64,000 nucleotides of DNA from Corallochytrium limacisporum Hawaii (taxonomy: Eukaryota; Protista; Pluriformea): positions 1 through 64,000 of the forward strand of contig PDIP01000003.1 in assembly GCA_002811645.1 (NCBI GenBank), read 5' to 3'. Below are positions 10,629-22,177 of the stretch, piece by piece. The translations under genes and the position numbers were made by a program. Positions within the stretch are counted from its first letter, which is position 1; the number at the start of each line of letters is the position of its first letter. Under the pieces are notes generated by a model. That model was not told where the DNA came from, did no database searches, and saw only the letters and a program-made list of their open reading frames with translations.

Positions 10629-10633
<5 letters not shown>

Positions 10634-10722
10634 TCCTCCTCCTTTTCACGTCCCTTGCATGGGAACTGGGAAAAAGCATACAGAGAGGTGGCAACAAAGA
10701 GAAAAGAAAGGGGGTGGGGGCG

Positions 10723-10953
10723 NNNNNNNNNNNNNNNNNNNNNNNNNNNNNNNNNNNNNNNNNNNNNNNNNNNNNNNNNNNNNNNNNNNNNNNNNNNNNN
10801 NNNNNNNNNNNNNNNNNNNNNNNNNNNNNNNNNNNNNNNNNNNNNNNNNNNNNNNNNNNNNNNNNNNNNNNNNNNNNNNNNNNNNNNNNNNNNNNNNNNN
10901 NNNNNNNNNNNNNNNNNNNNNNNNNNNNNNNNNNNNNNNNNNNNNNNNNNNNN
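10723..10953. other. Assembly gap (other N runs: 41902-41957, 50366-50406, 53650-53833)
   Basis: N runs, all inside G/C-homopolymer-rich intergenic blocks. Confidence 0.99.
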
Positions 10954-11965
10954 GGGGGAGAGGAGCGGAAGGCAGGCCGAAGTGGAGAGAAGAGTAAATG
11001 CTGAAAATTCAATCGTTACTTTTCCTCCACATCCTTCGCGAATTTCGCCAGGAAGGCAACTGACTCCGGGCTCCACGTCTCTTGTGCGTGTCGTTGGGCA
11101 CGACACCTGATGAGGTTTTGAGTGCTTCCACAAACACAGGGTCCCAGGTTCCAGACGTGGGAATTTCAATTTAGTACTGAATGTATAGACTGCAAATGTG
11201 TCGACGAGGCACCGGGTGGGATTTTCTCTCCGCCGTCAATTTTTCTCAGTCTTGCTTCATTTGCTCCGGTGGGCGGCCCGGAGGTCTTGAATGTCATCGT
11301 CCGGGCATGCTGAAGGGACTGCGTGTAGCGCCAAGACCTTGCAGGCGAGTATTACATCAGTTTTGTTTGTATTGAAGTTTGAATTGATGCGGACGGATCC
11401 GGTCGACCGGTGAGATAGCCAGTGGGCAGGTCCCGGATTGGAAACCCGGGTCAGCGAAAAAAAATAGCCGGCAGCGCGGATCGGCGATGACATGGCCCGA
11501 CGGTCCAGGTTTGGCCATCCTTGACATTTCTCACAAAGTATCTTCTGATACTCTCAATTTCCTGTATATTCAGTATTCAAAAACAAGCTTTGCGTCACAG
11601 AAACACCACTGTACGGTGTTCACTAGTCGAGGAGCGAACCGCAAAGGGGAAGAAGAAATCTATGACATACTGTCCGTACCAGCCAAAAGTGCCACGTCAA
11701 TGCATGCTTCCGGTACATTAAGTACTGACTCAAAAAACAACACTACGCGCGGACGGCTCCGGGGCGGGTCAGGGTGGCTACTGATTCAAAATAATATTTC
11801 TACCAAAATGTATATATACCATAGATGTATTTCATATTTACAGAATATATTTTCCATCAGCTGACGTACGGGCGGTGGTGGGTTCCCAAAACCCGACAAG
11901 GGTTTCACCCACGAAAAAAAAAACTTAAGCGATGGAAGAACGAAGAAAACTCTCCCGCTCCCCCT

Positions 11966-11999
<34 letters not shown>

Positions 12000-13178
12000 G
12001 CGAAAAGGTAAAAGTCAGTTTAACAAAAAAAAAAAGGAAGAGGGGACGGGGGGGTTTAGGGGGTTGAGCTCATATTTTGAATAGATGTGTATGTGTGAGA
12101 AGGAAAAAGAATTCAAACGGAAGATGGCCGGGGAATAGAGAGGAATAAAAGGAGGAAGCAACCTAAAGAAAAGGGAAAAGAAAAAAAAAAGGGCCGAGGA
12201 AGAGGAGGGGAACCAAAACAAAAAAGAGGAAAGATAAAAAAGAAGGACTTAATAAGGGGAACCAAGGGGTTCATGAAATTAAAGGGTAACAAGGAAATCG
12301 ACCAGGCCTTTTCCATCTTGTCTTCGTAGAGGAAAAGAAGGGGGGGAGGGGGAATGGGAGATACTGGCAACCCACTTTCCATAGTCTGTCAATGACCACT
12401 TGCGCACTCTGTCGCGCTGACTATGCCCACTCTGCGCGGGTGTCCCCTGCCTTTTCTGGGCCTCCGGGTCATATCTCCCGTATCCTCAATTCGATCGAAC
12501 CAGGTGGGTTTACAGTGGTGCGATATAAATTAGACTCCGGGTTAGTCGATCCTTTAAGTACTGAGAATGTACGCAGAAAAGGAAAGAAACAAGAACTATG
12601 TGAAAACAAAGAGCAGAGTCTGTTCAGTGTACCATGGGGGACTTGTTTTCCTCGCGGTTTTTCTTGCAATTTGCGCAGAACTTTTACAGTCGGTGACCAC
12701 AGCCGGAACCACCACTTCCGCGTATCAAAGCGGCAGGGTCCGCGGTCTTGCGGACTTTCTATATAGGGGGAGGGGAGGCGGTGGCGGGTGGGAGAGAGGC
12801 GAGGGGAGGGTGGGTAGGTGGTGGTGGCAGTAGGCTAAGGGTTGCGTGTGTTTTGGAGTGTTTTCTCTCCGTATGCGATTTTCGAAAACCCTGGCGCTTG
12901 CGTGGTGCTCATGCAAGGAAACTCTTGCCAATGAAGGGCAGGGAGAGGCCGTTGGTGGGGGTTTTGCCTCAGACAATTTTTTTTTCTTTGCTAAACACAC
13001 AGAAAAGGGGTCCCGCGTGTACTACTCCCTTGGCCTTCTGGGTACCAAGGGCTGCATTTATACTGCCCTCTCCACACTTTCACTGCCCGCTCTTCTCTCG
13101 AGCGTGCGCGACTATTTTCCGTCTTTGTGTCCTTTGTCCGCTCGTGGAGCCACTTTTTCAAAACCCCCGGGCTTTTCT

Positions 13179-13215
<37 letters not shown>

Positions 13216-13962
13216 GTCTCTCTGTCTCTGCCTCTCTCTGTGTTGGCGGCGGGCCCGCCCTGCACAGCCTGCACAGCCTGCACAGCCCCCTCTCCTGAAG
13301 GTCCAGAAATGAGAGAAAAAATCGAATTTGCGGGTTCATTGCCTAGCCGGACTCAAATGGTGGTCGTCCCTTCACTTTTGTGTATTGACGAACGGATCTG
13401 AAAAAAACTTCCCCATGTTACCTACCCAGTTCGGGACGCAGGGAGAGAGAGGGGGAGACTGGGAGGAGGGGGATGTGTTTGCCGGCCGGAGAGGGCAAGA
13501 CAACAACCGTGGCGATTGCTGATTGGCTGAAATGAGAACTCTGCAGTACATTTACTATAGGGATTATATCATCATCATCGCCCTCTCTGAGAGGCATGTG
13601 AGGGTGCTGTACCTGCTCCCGGTCGCCCCGGGCGGGAGTTGGCTTGGGCTCGGCGCGAATGCCAGTCCGCAGGTTGACAGACACTCACACCCGGGTTTTA
13701 TAGATTTCCGGGAGATCTTCACTTACCATCATCGCCAGCGGTTCCCATGATCTCCCATCTAGTTGCATCCTTTAGTGGGCGACACACAGCAGAGAAAGTG
13801 ACTGTGTGTCTGTGTGTGTGTGGAAATGACATGGTAGTCATGTGGCTGTTAGGCAAGCGTTTTTTCAGAAGTGACTGTCTCTGGATGGGAACACATTACG
13901 TACGTATCCCCTACGACACAATTCTGAAATTCGATTGCTATATTTGTCCAACTTGGCAGAAG

Positions 13963-16900
13963 CTAAGGACTTGTGTGGCCGTTCTCCTGCGATGAGGAGT
14001 TTGGGATGGTCTGCGGGGTCTCCGGTAGTGACGCCCCAGCTTCCACGCTCTTTCGTGTCGCCTGAGAGGTGTCTTTATCAAGATTCTCGTACCGTCGGGT
14101 CCGATCACTGACGAGCCCGGTTAGGTCCAGAGTCTTCTGCTTCTGTAGCTTGAGTGGCGCCTTCTGGTCTATCGATGTGCCAGTGTGAAGTTCGTTTGGG
14201 CGACCAACATCAGTAAACTGATGCTGATTGTCATTCTGTTCTTGCGGAGGGTCAGCATGTGTGCCACTGATGCGCTGGCGATTTGTCCCGGAACTGTCCT
14301 CAAATGTAGACAGGGCCCGGGGCCTGGCGGTTGTATCTTCCTGGTGTTGGGACCCATCTTCAGTCAGTTCTGTTGGGATGGGTGATATTTCCACTGGCGC
14401 TGATGCTCGCGGTTGTGAGGTATCGACGGCGTTCCGCCCACCATGGGAACTAGCCTTCGAAGCCTCGCGCACAATAGGCACATGCTCGAGAACCACTGCG
14501 GCGGACTGTATCCCTGCATAGTCCCCAAGGTCCGTGCTCTGAGACTGGAGACTACTGCGATGCGGCATCCTAACCGGTGACGGTGTGCGGGTACGGGAGG
14601 AGTCCTGGGACGGGTGCTCGGTTAGGCGCCCAGAAGCCATTGTTCTAGGCGCTGGTGATATCTGATTGACAACCAGAGGCTCAGGAGAAGACGGAGCGCT
14701 GTCTGACGTATCAGTAGTCATGCGCAGAGTGGTGTGCATGCCGCCCGATTCGGCCCGACGATGGCTCTGCTTTGAAGTCCCTGTCCCCGCCGGAGACTGT
14801 ACCATGTAGTCCTTCGGCGGACTCTGGCCCTCCCCAACGCCTGTCGTGGGTCCTCCACCCGCTCCAGCAGGCACCATACGCTCCTGCTGATCCCGTTGCG
14901 GTGGTGCATGATGCCGTTGTAGATTCACCTCGCCGCGCTGGCTCAAGTGGTGGTTCATATAAGGAGCAGCATTGGCTGCAGCCGTAGTCATTCGTCTGGG
15001 ACCCATTTCGAGTTCAAACAGAACGCGTTTGCCGGCATGGCGCCCAATGAGGTCACGGCCTTTGCGACTCAGCGTCAGTATCGATCGTAGGGCATTTGCG
15101 ATCTGCCTGCTGATAGAATCAATGGATTGCAGACGCAGCAAGGGCAGGAGGTACGGCTCGCCGTACTCTTCTTCGTCAATCAGCGCCTTCACAAAGTTGT
15201 GATCATCCAGTGATTCCTCGTATGCATCACCAATCAGCTCCAACACGTGAGGATCGGTCAGATGAGTGATACGGTCCGGTGAGATGTACCGAGGTGGTGG
15301 AGGTACTTCGTTCAGACCCGAGACTTCTGCTGCATGCAACATAGATGCTGCACCTGCTGCAAAGAACATCGTAACGGGACATTCACAACGCATGGCCGTG
15401 CACAGTGCAGTTACGACACCAGGGCCCAAATAGGCAATCTCTGGGTATGAGCTGACCCTTTCTACGCAGGAAAAGTTGCTGATCTGCCTTAGGACGGGTA
15501 CCAAAGAGCCGTACGGGGTATCCAACGGACGTGCGCTATCGTGCATGAGTGCCTTGAGACGAGTTGAATAGGGTCCTGCCCCACCAGGCATAGCAGTGCC
15601 CGTTAGTAAATGTTCAACCGGCTTATTCAGCAGCCCTGAGTTACTGGCCAAGGCCAGGCTCGCGCGCAGTGCTGACTCGTCTCCGGCAGAGTTCTCCATC
15701 TGTGCAGCCTTTGACGCGGATGATTGCGCAGGGTCCTCTGTGGCAGGATTAGTCCTCCAAGGATCCGTGTGGTCCTCATAGTGTTGGAATGCATGCTCCG
15801 CCTGTGAAATCTCTCCCTGCAGAAATGACTCAGCCAGTTGGTCTGTAGCCATATGGCCTGGTGCCATGTGGTCTATATGCGGCGAGACATTATCCGGAGA
15901 CAAATTTCCCTCTTCGAACGCACTAACAGTCGGCAAATAGTCACTGCTATGGCGGGCCACTCTCAGGGTGGAACCTGAAGTTGTACTAGTCACCTTGTCG
16001 CCAGTATCTGCGTACAGTTGCATGCTAAAGTCTCCACGATTCATCGTCCATCGAGAAAGGCTGTCTTCGAGATCCGGTGCCTTCGTCACCGCTGGCATAG
16101 TGGGCTTCGGTTGATGCGGTTGTGGTGAGTCTACAGTGTCCGCTGTGGCGCGTCCCATTATGTGGTCTTTCTCAGACGCTCCCTGGTCCGGAGTTGTGTG
16201 CAAGGAGTACATTCTCACCAGACGATTCCCTGCTCCTGCAGGTTCCTGTAGTGTCGATAACTTTTCCGCGCTGAGTGCTTCTAGCGCGTACATCAATGCG
16301 ATGGTGTAGAGCCGCATGGCACTCACTCGTCTCAAGAAATAGAGATCCTCCGAATTCACCAAGGTCTCTAATTGCCCTTGCTGCAGCTTGCTTGTAAACG
16401 TGGATCCCCTATATGGGGTTCTTCCTGCTGCGCCTCGAGACAGGCTGTGACCTACCGTGCTTCCGGATCCCTTTGGTATACCGAGACGAATACGATCAAT
16501 AACTTCACCAAACGACGGGCGTTCTTCCGCTCTGTTGTTTAGACAGCGCTGACAAATACCAACCATAACGTCATTCCACCACGGAGGGAACTTTACGGGT
16601 CTGTCACGATGCAACGGTTCCCTGACCTGCTCAAACCCTGGCTCATCGTCCACCACAAAATCTGTCGCAGGATCATCCCAGACATAGAGAAACTCATACA
16701 GGGTCACACCAAAGCTGAACACGTCGGCCTTGGCACCAACTGCAGTCTGATAGAGTACCTCTGGTGCCATGTACAGGGTGGTGCCCCGTGGTGCACCAAT
16801 TGCGGCTCCTTGATCAACAGCCGTGCCTGGCATTGGTTTGTAGCTCAGACCAAAATCGGCCACCTTGACGTTCAACGATGAATCCACAAGCAAATTGGCG

Positions 16901-18837
16901 GGCTTCAAGTCCAAATGTACCAGTCCACGACGGTGTAGATAATGCATTCCCTCCGCAACGCTCCTCACAATGTGCACCAGCAAATCGTCACTCAACGCAT
17001 CTACATCATGCAGCACTGAGTAGACCGTTCCGCGCGCCATATACTCCGTGACAATTGATACCTCCGGTGGTCGGATCACTGCGCCCATAAAAAGCAAGAC
17101 GTTTGGGTGCCGCAACTCCGCCATTGTGGAAATTTCCGTTAGCAAATCATCTAAGACTTCCTCAGTGGCCGCACTGGGCTTGATGCGCTTCACTGCAACC
17201 TTTTTCCCGTACAGTAGTCCTTCATGCACTGTGCCGAAGAAGCCCTCACTAATCTTTGTGCCGACTTGCAGATCATCCGACTGTATCTCCCAGTCCGGTC
17301 GAATAGCCGCGCTGTTTTCCGCCCCAAGCTGATTGCGAGAATCCAAAGGTGGATGCCGTCCCAATTTGCTGCCCGATTTCGCCCCCTGTGATAGCAAAGG
17401 TGTGCTTTGCGCTCCATGAGTTAGCAGCTTCGTTGGAGTGAGGGACAGATTCTCAGCACTCTGTGTCAACTCGGAGTTGCTCTTCAGGTTTTCCTCCCTG
17501 GCCAGGATTAATCTGCTATCACTGAGCCCCCTTTGCGGTGTGGGGTCTGCCTCGGATTCCTCTGACAATGATGGCTGGAAGGCCTCGTTTTCAGGTTCCT
17601 TAGTGAACAATGGACTACTTCCCCGTATGTTGCCCGTGGACCGATATTTTTCACCATAACTGAGCTTCGTGTCATCGTCAATGATGGACTGTAACAGTTC
17701 CCGGTACTCCCCAAGTGCACCTGGCACATGGGCACGGAACTGCCGGAGGATTCGACTAAGTGCCGCAGAAAAGTTCCTGTCATGAGCCCGCAGTACCTTT
17801 TCCAGTGACACCTGTAGCGTCCGCTCAGCATCGACTTGAAGTAGCCTCTCTATACCCTCGTGTACCGCCTGGAATTCTTCTTCATCGTCGAAGACAAATT
17901 GATAGTTGTACTGGTGGGCCAAATAGACGGTAATTTGGTAGTACTCATTGGCATCTCCATCATCACATTCCCCTGATCCGAAACTACTCACAGTGTAACT
18001 CCAAGGATCTCTCGTGTCGATGGCAATGTCATTCGTACTTGCGAGGTGTGTGTTAAAAAATTCATCCGCGACATCAACCATCGGTTGATTGCAGTCCTGT
18101 GATCCCGTAGACCGTAGCGACGTCTGCAATTTTTCCAGTTGCGGACTGCCAGCGCCCACGTTAGGAGACTTTCGGCCTTCCACCCCCACAGCTGACCCAC
18201 CGCCGTTCACAGCCGTCCGTGGGCTCATCAGTGCGTCCAATAGGGCTGATTCATCATCATTGATACTCAACGATGGCCGCATTACTCCTGGTTGGATCAA
18301 CATGCCCCGACTGTGTACAATGAGTTGACCGGGAAGCCACTGCCGTTGAGTGACACTGCTACCCCGCGCAGACATTTCTGAGATGCCAGCCTCAGACTGT
18401 CGCCGCCGCATTGCCAATTGCTGTAAATAACTATGATTGCTACTGGCCAGAGTGACCGCATTGTTGACATAGCGATAGCTGCAATATCCCTTCGAAAGGA
18501 TTGTCACCGCCCCGCTGAAACCAAGGCCTCCGACTGAGTTTCCTCCAGGGTGACCGTATCGTCGACTGTTTCCAGCGCTTTGTCGGCCATCAAAGGAACT
18601 CTGTCCCAGATTTCCAGGCCCCGCGAATGGATTCATTCCCAGGGGGCCTGTCAGGGACGTCTGTTTGATTTGTAGGAAGCCTGGTTTCCGGTACGCTGTA
18701 TCACCACTTGTCGGTGATCCTGAACCCCAGTGGTCACCATTTCTAGGACTAACGGGTCGACCTTCTTGCATGGGCGTCCGCCCAGAAGGCGAGGTTCTGC
18801 TTTCTTTTCCCACCAGTGCCTGTGGTGAGTCACCCAT
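13963..18837 (-). CDS. Large TKL (Raf/MLK-like MAPKKK) protein kinase, 1624 aa, possible PH-like fold N-terminal to the kinase domain
   Basis: WEIQSDDLQVGTKISEGFFGTV, VAVK, LRHPNVLLFMGA, HLDLKPANLL, DFGLS, GTTLYMAPE, DVFSFGV, RPSF. Confidence 0.92.
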   Translation of the reverse strand: MGDSPQALVGKESRTSPSGRTPMQEGRPVSPRNGDHWGSGSPTSGDTAYRKPGFLQIKQTSLTGPLGMNPFAGPGNLGQSSFDGRQSAGNSRRYGHPGGNSVGGLGFSGAVTILSKGYCSYRYVNNAVTLASSNHSYLQQLAMRRRQSEAGISEMSARGSSVTQRQWLPGQLIVHSRGMLIQPGVMRPSLSINDDESALLDALMSPRTAVNGGGSAVGVEGRKSPNVGAGSPQLEKLQTSLRSTGSQDCNQPMVDVADEFFNTHLASTNDIAIDTRDPWSYTVSSFGSGECDDGDANEYYQITVYLAHQYNYQFVFDDEEEFQAVHEGIERLLQVDAERTLQVSLEKVLRAHDRNFSAALSRILRQFRAHVPGALGEYRELLQSIIDDDTKLSYGEKYRSTGNIRGSSPLFTKEPENEAFQPSLSEESEADPTPQRGLSDSRLILAREENLKSNSELTQSAENLSLTPTKLLTHGAQSTPLLSQGAKSGSKLGRHPPLDSRNQLGAENSAAIRPDWEIQSDDLQVGTKISEGFFGTVHEGLLYGKKVAVKRIKPSAATEEVLDDLLTEISTMAELRHPNVLLFMGAVIRPPEVSIVTEYMARGTVYSVLHDVDALSDDLLVHIVRSVAEGMHYLHRRGLVHLDLKPANLLVDSSLNVKVADFGLSYKPMPGTAVDQGAAIGAPRGTTLYMAPEVLYQTAVGAKADVFSFGVTLYEFLYVWDDPATDFVVDDEPGFEQVREPLHRDRPVKFPPWWNDVMVGICQRCLNNRAEERPSFGEVIDRIRLGIPKGSGSTVGHSLSRGAAGRTPYRGSTFTSKLQQGQLETLVNSEDLYFLRRVSAMRLYTIALMYALEALSAEKLSTLQEPAGAGNRLVRMYSLHTTPDQGASEKDHIMGRATADTVDSPQPHQPKPTMPAVTKAPDLEDSLSRWTMNRGDFSMQLYADTGDKVTSTTSGSTLRVARHSSDYLPTVSAFEEGNLSPDNVSPHIDHMAPGHMATDQLAESFLQGEISQAEHAFQHYEDHTDPWRTNPATEDPAQSSASKAAQMENSAGDESALRASLALASNSGLLNKPVEHLLTGTAMPGGAGPYSTRLKALMHDSARPLDTPYGSLVPVLRQISNFSCVERVSSYPEIAYLGPGVVTALCTAMRCECPVTMFFAAGAASMLHAAEVSGLNEVPPPPRYISPDRITHLTDPHVLELIGDAYEESLDDHNFVKALIDEEEYGEPYLLPLLRLQSIDSISRQIANALRSILTLSRKGRDLIGRHAGKRVLFELEMGPRRMTTAAANAAPYMNHHLSQRGEVNLQRHHAPPQRDQQERMVPAGAGGGPTTGVGEGQSPPKDYMVQSPAGTGTSKQSHRRAESGGMHTTLRMTTDTSDSAPSSPEPLVVNQISPAPRTMASGRLTEHPSQDSSRTRTPSPVRMPHRSSLQSQSTDLGDYAGIQSAAVVLEHVPIVREASKASSHGGRNAVDTSQPRASAPVEISPIPTELTEDGSQHQEDTTARPRALSTFEDSSGTNRQRISGTHADPPQEQNDNQHQFTDVGRPNELHTGTSIDQKAPLKLQKQKTLDLTGLVSDRTRRYENLDKDTSQATRKSVEAGASLPETPQTIPNSSSQENGHTSP

Positions 18838-19785
18838 GGTGAGATATAAATGTCCCGTTTAGCCGTACATTCGGTGATCCAGAAATTAACGTTCTCTCGA
18901 GTCTTATATCATGCTTTCTTCGGGAAGTTCCTACAGTAGACATACTAGCCACCAAACCTAATACGATATCCTCTCATTCCTCTGTAACCGCTTTCGGAAT
19001 ACGTCCCACTCGTCTTCCTCTGCCGCAAGCGCAGAACCTGTTCTGTTAGGTACTGAAAGTAAGCATCAATTCGTTCTTGTTGATACGGTAAAATACCACC
19101 CTCTATCTCAGATTCCTTCTCGTGGCTGAATAGCCACAGAAAGGCGAGACCTTTCAATGTCGTTGGGTCTCTACCAAGGTGGGCGCCCTGTGCAATGGTC
19201 GCTTGTTGGGCCAGCGACTCTATTCTTGGTGGCGGCTTTACCCGCGGGGACATAGAGAGAGCTACCCCCTCTACCCGGGAGAGAGGAGGGCCGCCCCGGC
19301 CCCCGCTCCCCCAAGAAGGAAGGGGGGTTTGTCGGAACGAGCGGGACAGATAGCGGAGAGTGTAGCGGGCCCGTCCCTACCGTCTCAGTCCCCTGGTTCC
19401 TGGGCGTTGCAATTTTTTTTTGCCTCGCCCACCCGGGGGCCACACTGCGGTAGTGTGCCATTTCGCTCAGCGCGCCAGCCAAACCCCCTCGATCTTGTGC
19501 TGAGCAAGAAGGCTTGAACGAGAGTGGCTAGTGCAGGACAGGGGAGTCGGGTAAGGCAGGGACTTCAGGGGAACCGGGCAGAGCCATGGCAGCAATACCG
19601 GGGAGTGCGCATAGATCCAGCAGTCTGTGAAGTGGATCGTGAACCCAGCGCGGGAAGAAAATGACCAAAGAAAGCGTGATTTCTTACTCTACAGGATAGT
19701 GGGGTGGCTTTCTGACTATATGTGTTTGTGAACGGACATCCTTGGGTACTGTTACTCAAGTACATGTCGCATAGTGGTATGAACT

Positions 19786-20660
19786 TCACTCACTTATGCG
19801 CATGGTTTGCTGCCGTTGTTCTATTCCATTCGCGTAGTAAATACGAGGGCGGGTTTGCGGCAGTCGCATCCGCTTGGCCAGAGCAGGCAGGTTGCTGAAT
19901 TGACCACTTTCTTGCAAGTGGTTTTGCCGGATGCAGTCGATGAAATTGCCCGTGTAGTAGTCCTCTAGGTTCGGGATCTCCAGGTGCATAATGGCCTCTT
20001 CCTTGGTGAGAAGGATACAGTTCCATGGACTGAACTCTTCTTTGCGGTCCCAACGGCAGAAAGTGAGTTAGGATAAACGGTTGGCGCCGCTGATGATACT
20101 CTGGTTGTTCCATATCTTCCTGAGAAGGAAGTCGATATCACTCTCCTGGAGCAGGTACACAATCTGGGCCCCACCGGCATGATTGTCTTCGCGCATGCGG
20201 ATCTGGCGCAGAATTGTTCGCATGACTCTCAGGTTCTTGCGTTTACTCGCTTCGTTAGCCCGCCTTGCGCATGTTTTGCATCGCGGGACGCTGCTGACCG
20301 TGGCGTTAAGTTGAAACTCAGATCGCTCCTTGTAGTGTTGACAGCTACGGCAGTGCAGAACGGTCTCGGTGAAGACATCGCCTTGGGCGGCCATAGTCTG
20401 TTTCAGGGTACTTGTCCCCTTTGTTGTAAGTCAGACACGCGAAGGACTACGGCAACGCATGATGGTGGCAGCCATCTCCGGTGAGGTATTGATGTCCAGG
20501 GACCTCGGCCTTTGGGTTGAACTCCGGACACTCACACAGACGCTGGAAAAGCGTGCATATGCGTTTTCACAGACCCTCTAAAGCACGGGCACGACTGCCG
20601 CGGACTACGTGATCCGTTTCACGATCAACAAGCGAAGCTATATGTCGTACTAGGCGCAGA
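19786..20660 (-). pseudogene. IQUB: Truncated, stop-disrupted IQUB (FAP253, radial spoke) pseudogene, C-terminal part only
   Basis: SLVDRETDHVVRG..LEGL*KRICTLF..PEFNP; HCRSCQHY..RCKTC; LRKIWNNQSIISG..LS*LTFCRWDRKEEFSPWNCILLTKEEAIMHL. In-frame TGA 20567-20569, TAA 20068-20070 and a frame change between about 20500 and 20430. Confidence 0.85.
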
Positions 20661-21694
20661 ATATTCGGGGCAACTACGCGGTCATTGCGGGGTTTGGCTC
20701 CGCCACTTTTGGGCACAGTATGGAAAGGTAGCCGTAGGGACGGATCAGAAGGGAAAATAATCTTGGTGGGGGGGGGGAATCGAGTTTTGGGTCCGCCACT
20801 GCGCACTGGCTCCACTTGGCTCACTCTCCACCCCTCCAGAACAAAACCCCCCCCCCGGGGGGGGGGGGCCGGGCGGGGATTCCGAGGTTTTCATCTTTTC
20901 GCCTGCAGACAGGCTGCCAAGGGGGCCGGGGGCTCCCTGTAGCCTTCTGCTTGGTGCGGCTACCACCACGGGGATGGCTTTTGAAAAGGTAGGTATATGA
21001 AAATCAACCCGCAAAAAGTTACACTTTCTTTGGATCCCCTTTGCGCTCCCGCTCCTCATCTTGAGTTTGGAAGGGTTTTATTGCACAGAAGGTGGAGTCC
21101 AAATTAAAACATCAGTATATGGTAAACCGATTCATTTTAGATATACTTATAGCTCAAAATTAAGCGGTTTTCGCCGCACGTGAGCGGGCAATGTTTGCCT
21201 TTCAACGAGAGGCCTAGTCCCAGGTGTCAAGCTGACCAACCGCGTCCCTGCCTCTCTGCCTGAGGAACGAATTCGGAAAATGATCGGGGGAGGGCCCTTA
21301 GTGCAGTCTCCGAAGAACCCTTCGCTTCTTGAAAGCTCGCGAAGTGGACACGAGAGCATATACAGCGAGAATCTGCAACAAATGTAACAATGCCAATTGT
21401 AATAAGATATGTGGCTGCACAGGACAGATCATACTCGAGGCTGTTCAAAGCAAACAGTAGCGTGGAGCCTGTCAACCTCGATACTTGGTGCATACACACC
21501 AATGGATTAGGTCACAGAAGTAAGAGCTAACCAGCGCATAAATCCATTTGTGGCAGTGTCACAAAGAGACTCTCGAGGGCCCGAGAGAAAGCACGCGAAA
21601 GCTACAAATAAAGACCTCGGGCGAGCATTCTCGGCAGGATTTACGGGAGGAAACCCCTTATGCAGACGGGCATAGGGGCCTAACCAAGGGACCA

Positions 21695-21712
21695 CCTAAC
21701 CCTAACCCTAAC
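21695..21712 (+). repeat. Interstitial telomeric repeat (CCTAAC)x3
   Basis: CCTAACCCTAACCCTAAC read directly. Confidence 0.8.
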
Positions 21713-22177
21713 TCCCCAATTTTTGGGACAGGAGATTCCTCAGTAAAATCCACACGCTCTGAGGGTTGGGCGCGGAACTGTTTGCGATGAAAATGGGCCC
21801 CCGTATCACTTCGCGGGGGAGTACTTCGTCGTCCACGGCAGAATGTAGGCCGTTGAGGGAAGCTGTGATAACTGACGAACTCGAACAACTACCGGGATAT
21901 CGAAGACTGCCAGTATTACATTGATGTTTCTGTCTATGCCGCGGTGTGGCTGTTTAACATGTGGCAGAATCACTCACAGCAACTGTCATTCTAGTCAGTT
22001 CTCCGTCCAATACGAAATTTCTGTCTTATCGTCACCGAACGTGCCAGTGAATCCATCACGCTCCCCAAGACAGTCTTTGTTCTACTTCCTCTCATTTACT
22101 GTCAGCGTTTCTCGCTAACCTTGTTGTCACATGCTTACCCGTATTTGATGCAATCCGGTAGTAAGGGGTTTATATTG

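Noticed and set aside
11087-11135. Hairpin GTGTCGT-TGGGC-ACGACAC followed by CTGATGAG, resembling a hammerhead ribozyme core
   Set aside because: No GAAA after a stem II and no NUH triplet before stem I.
10329-11169. Long ORFs spanning N runs (also near 41400-42200, 50000-51200 and 53500-53950)
   Set aside because: Open only because of gaps and low-complexity repeats.
20068-20569. Stop-codon reassignment as an explanation for the IQUB stops
   Set aside because: TGA and TAA both terminate conserved genes at the expected ends in this window (SUCLG2, ACAD8, sideroflexin, NEDD1), and IQUB is also truncated.
21680-21720. Telomerase RNA template candidate
   Set aside because: Three full repeats exceed the usual 1.5-2 repeat template, and no supporting pseudoknot was recognised.
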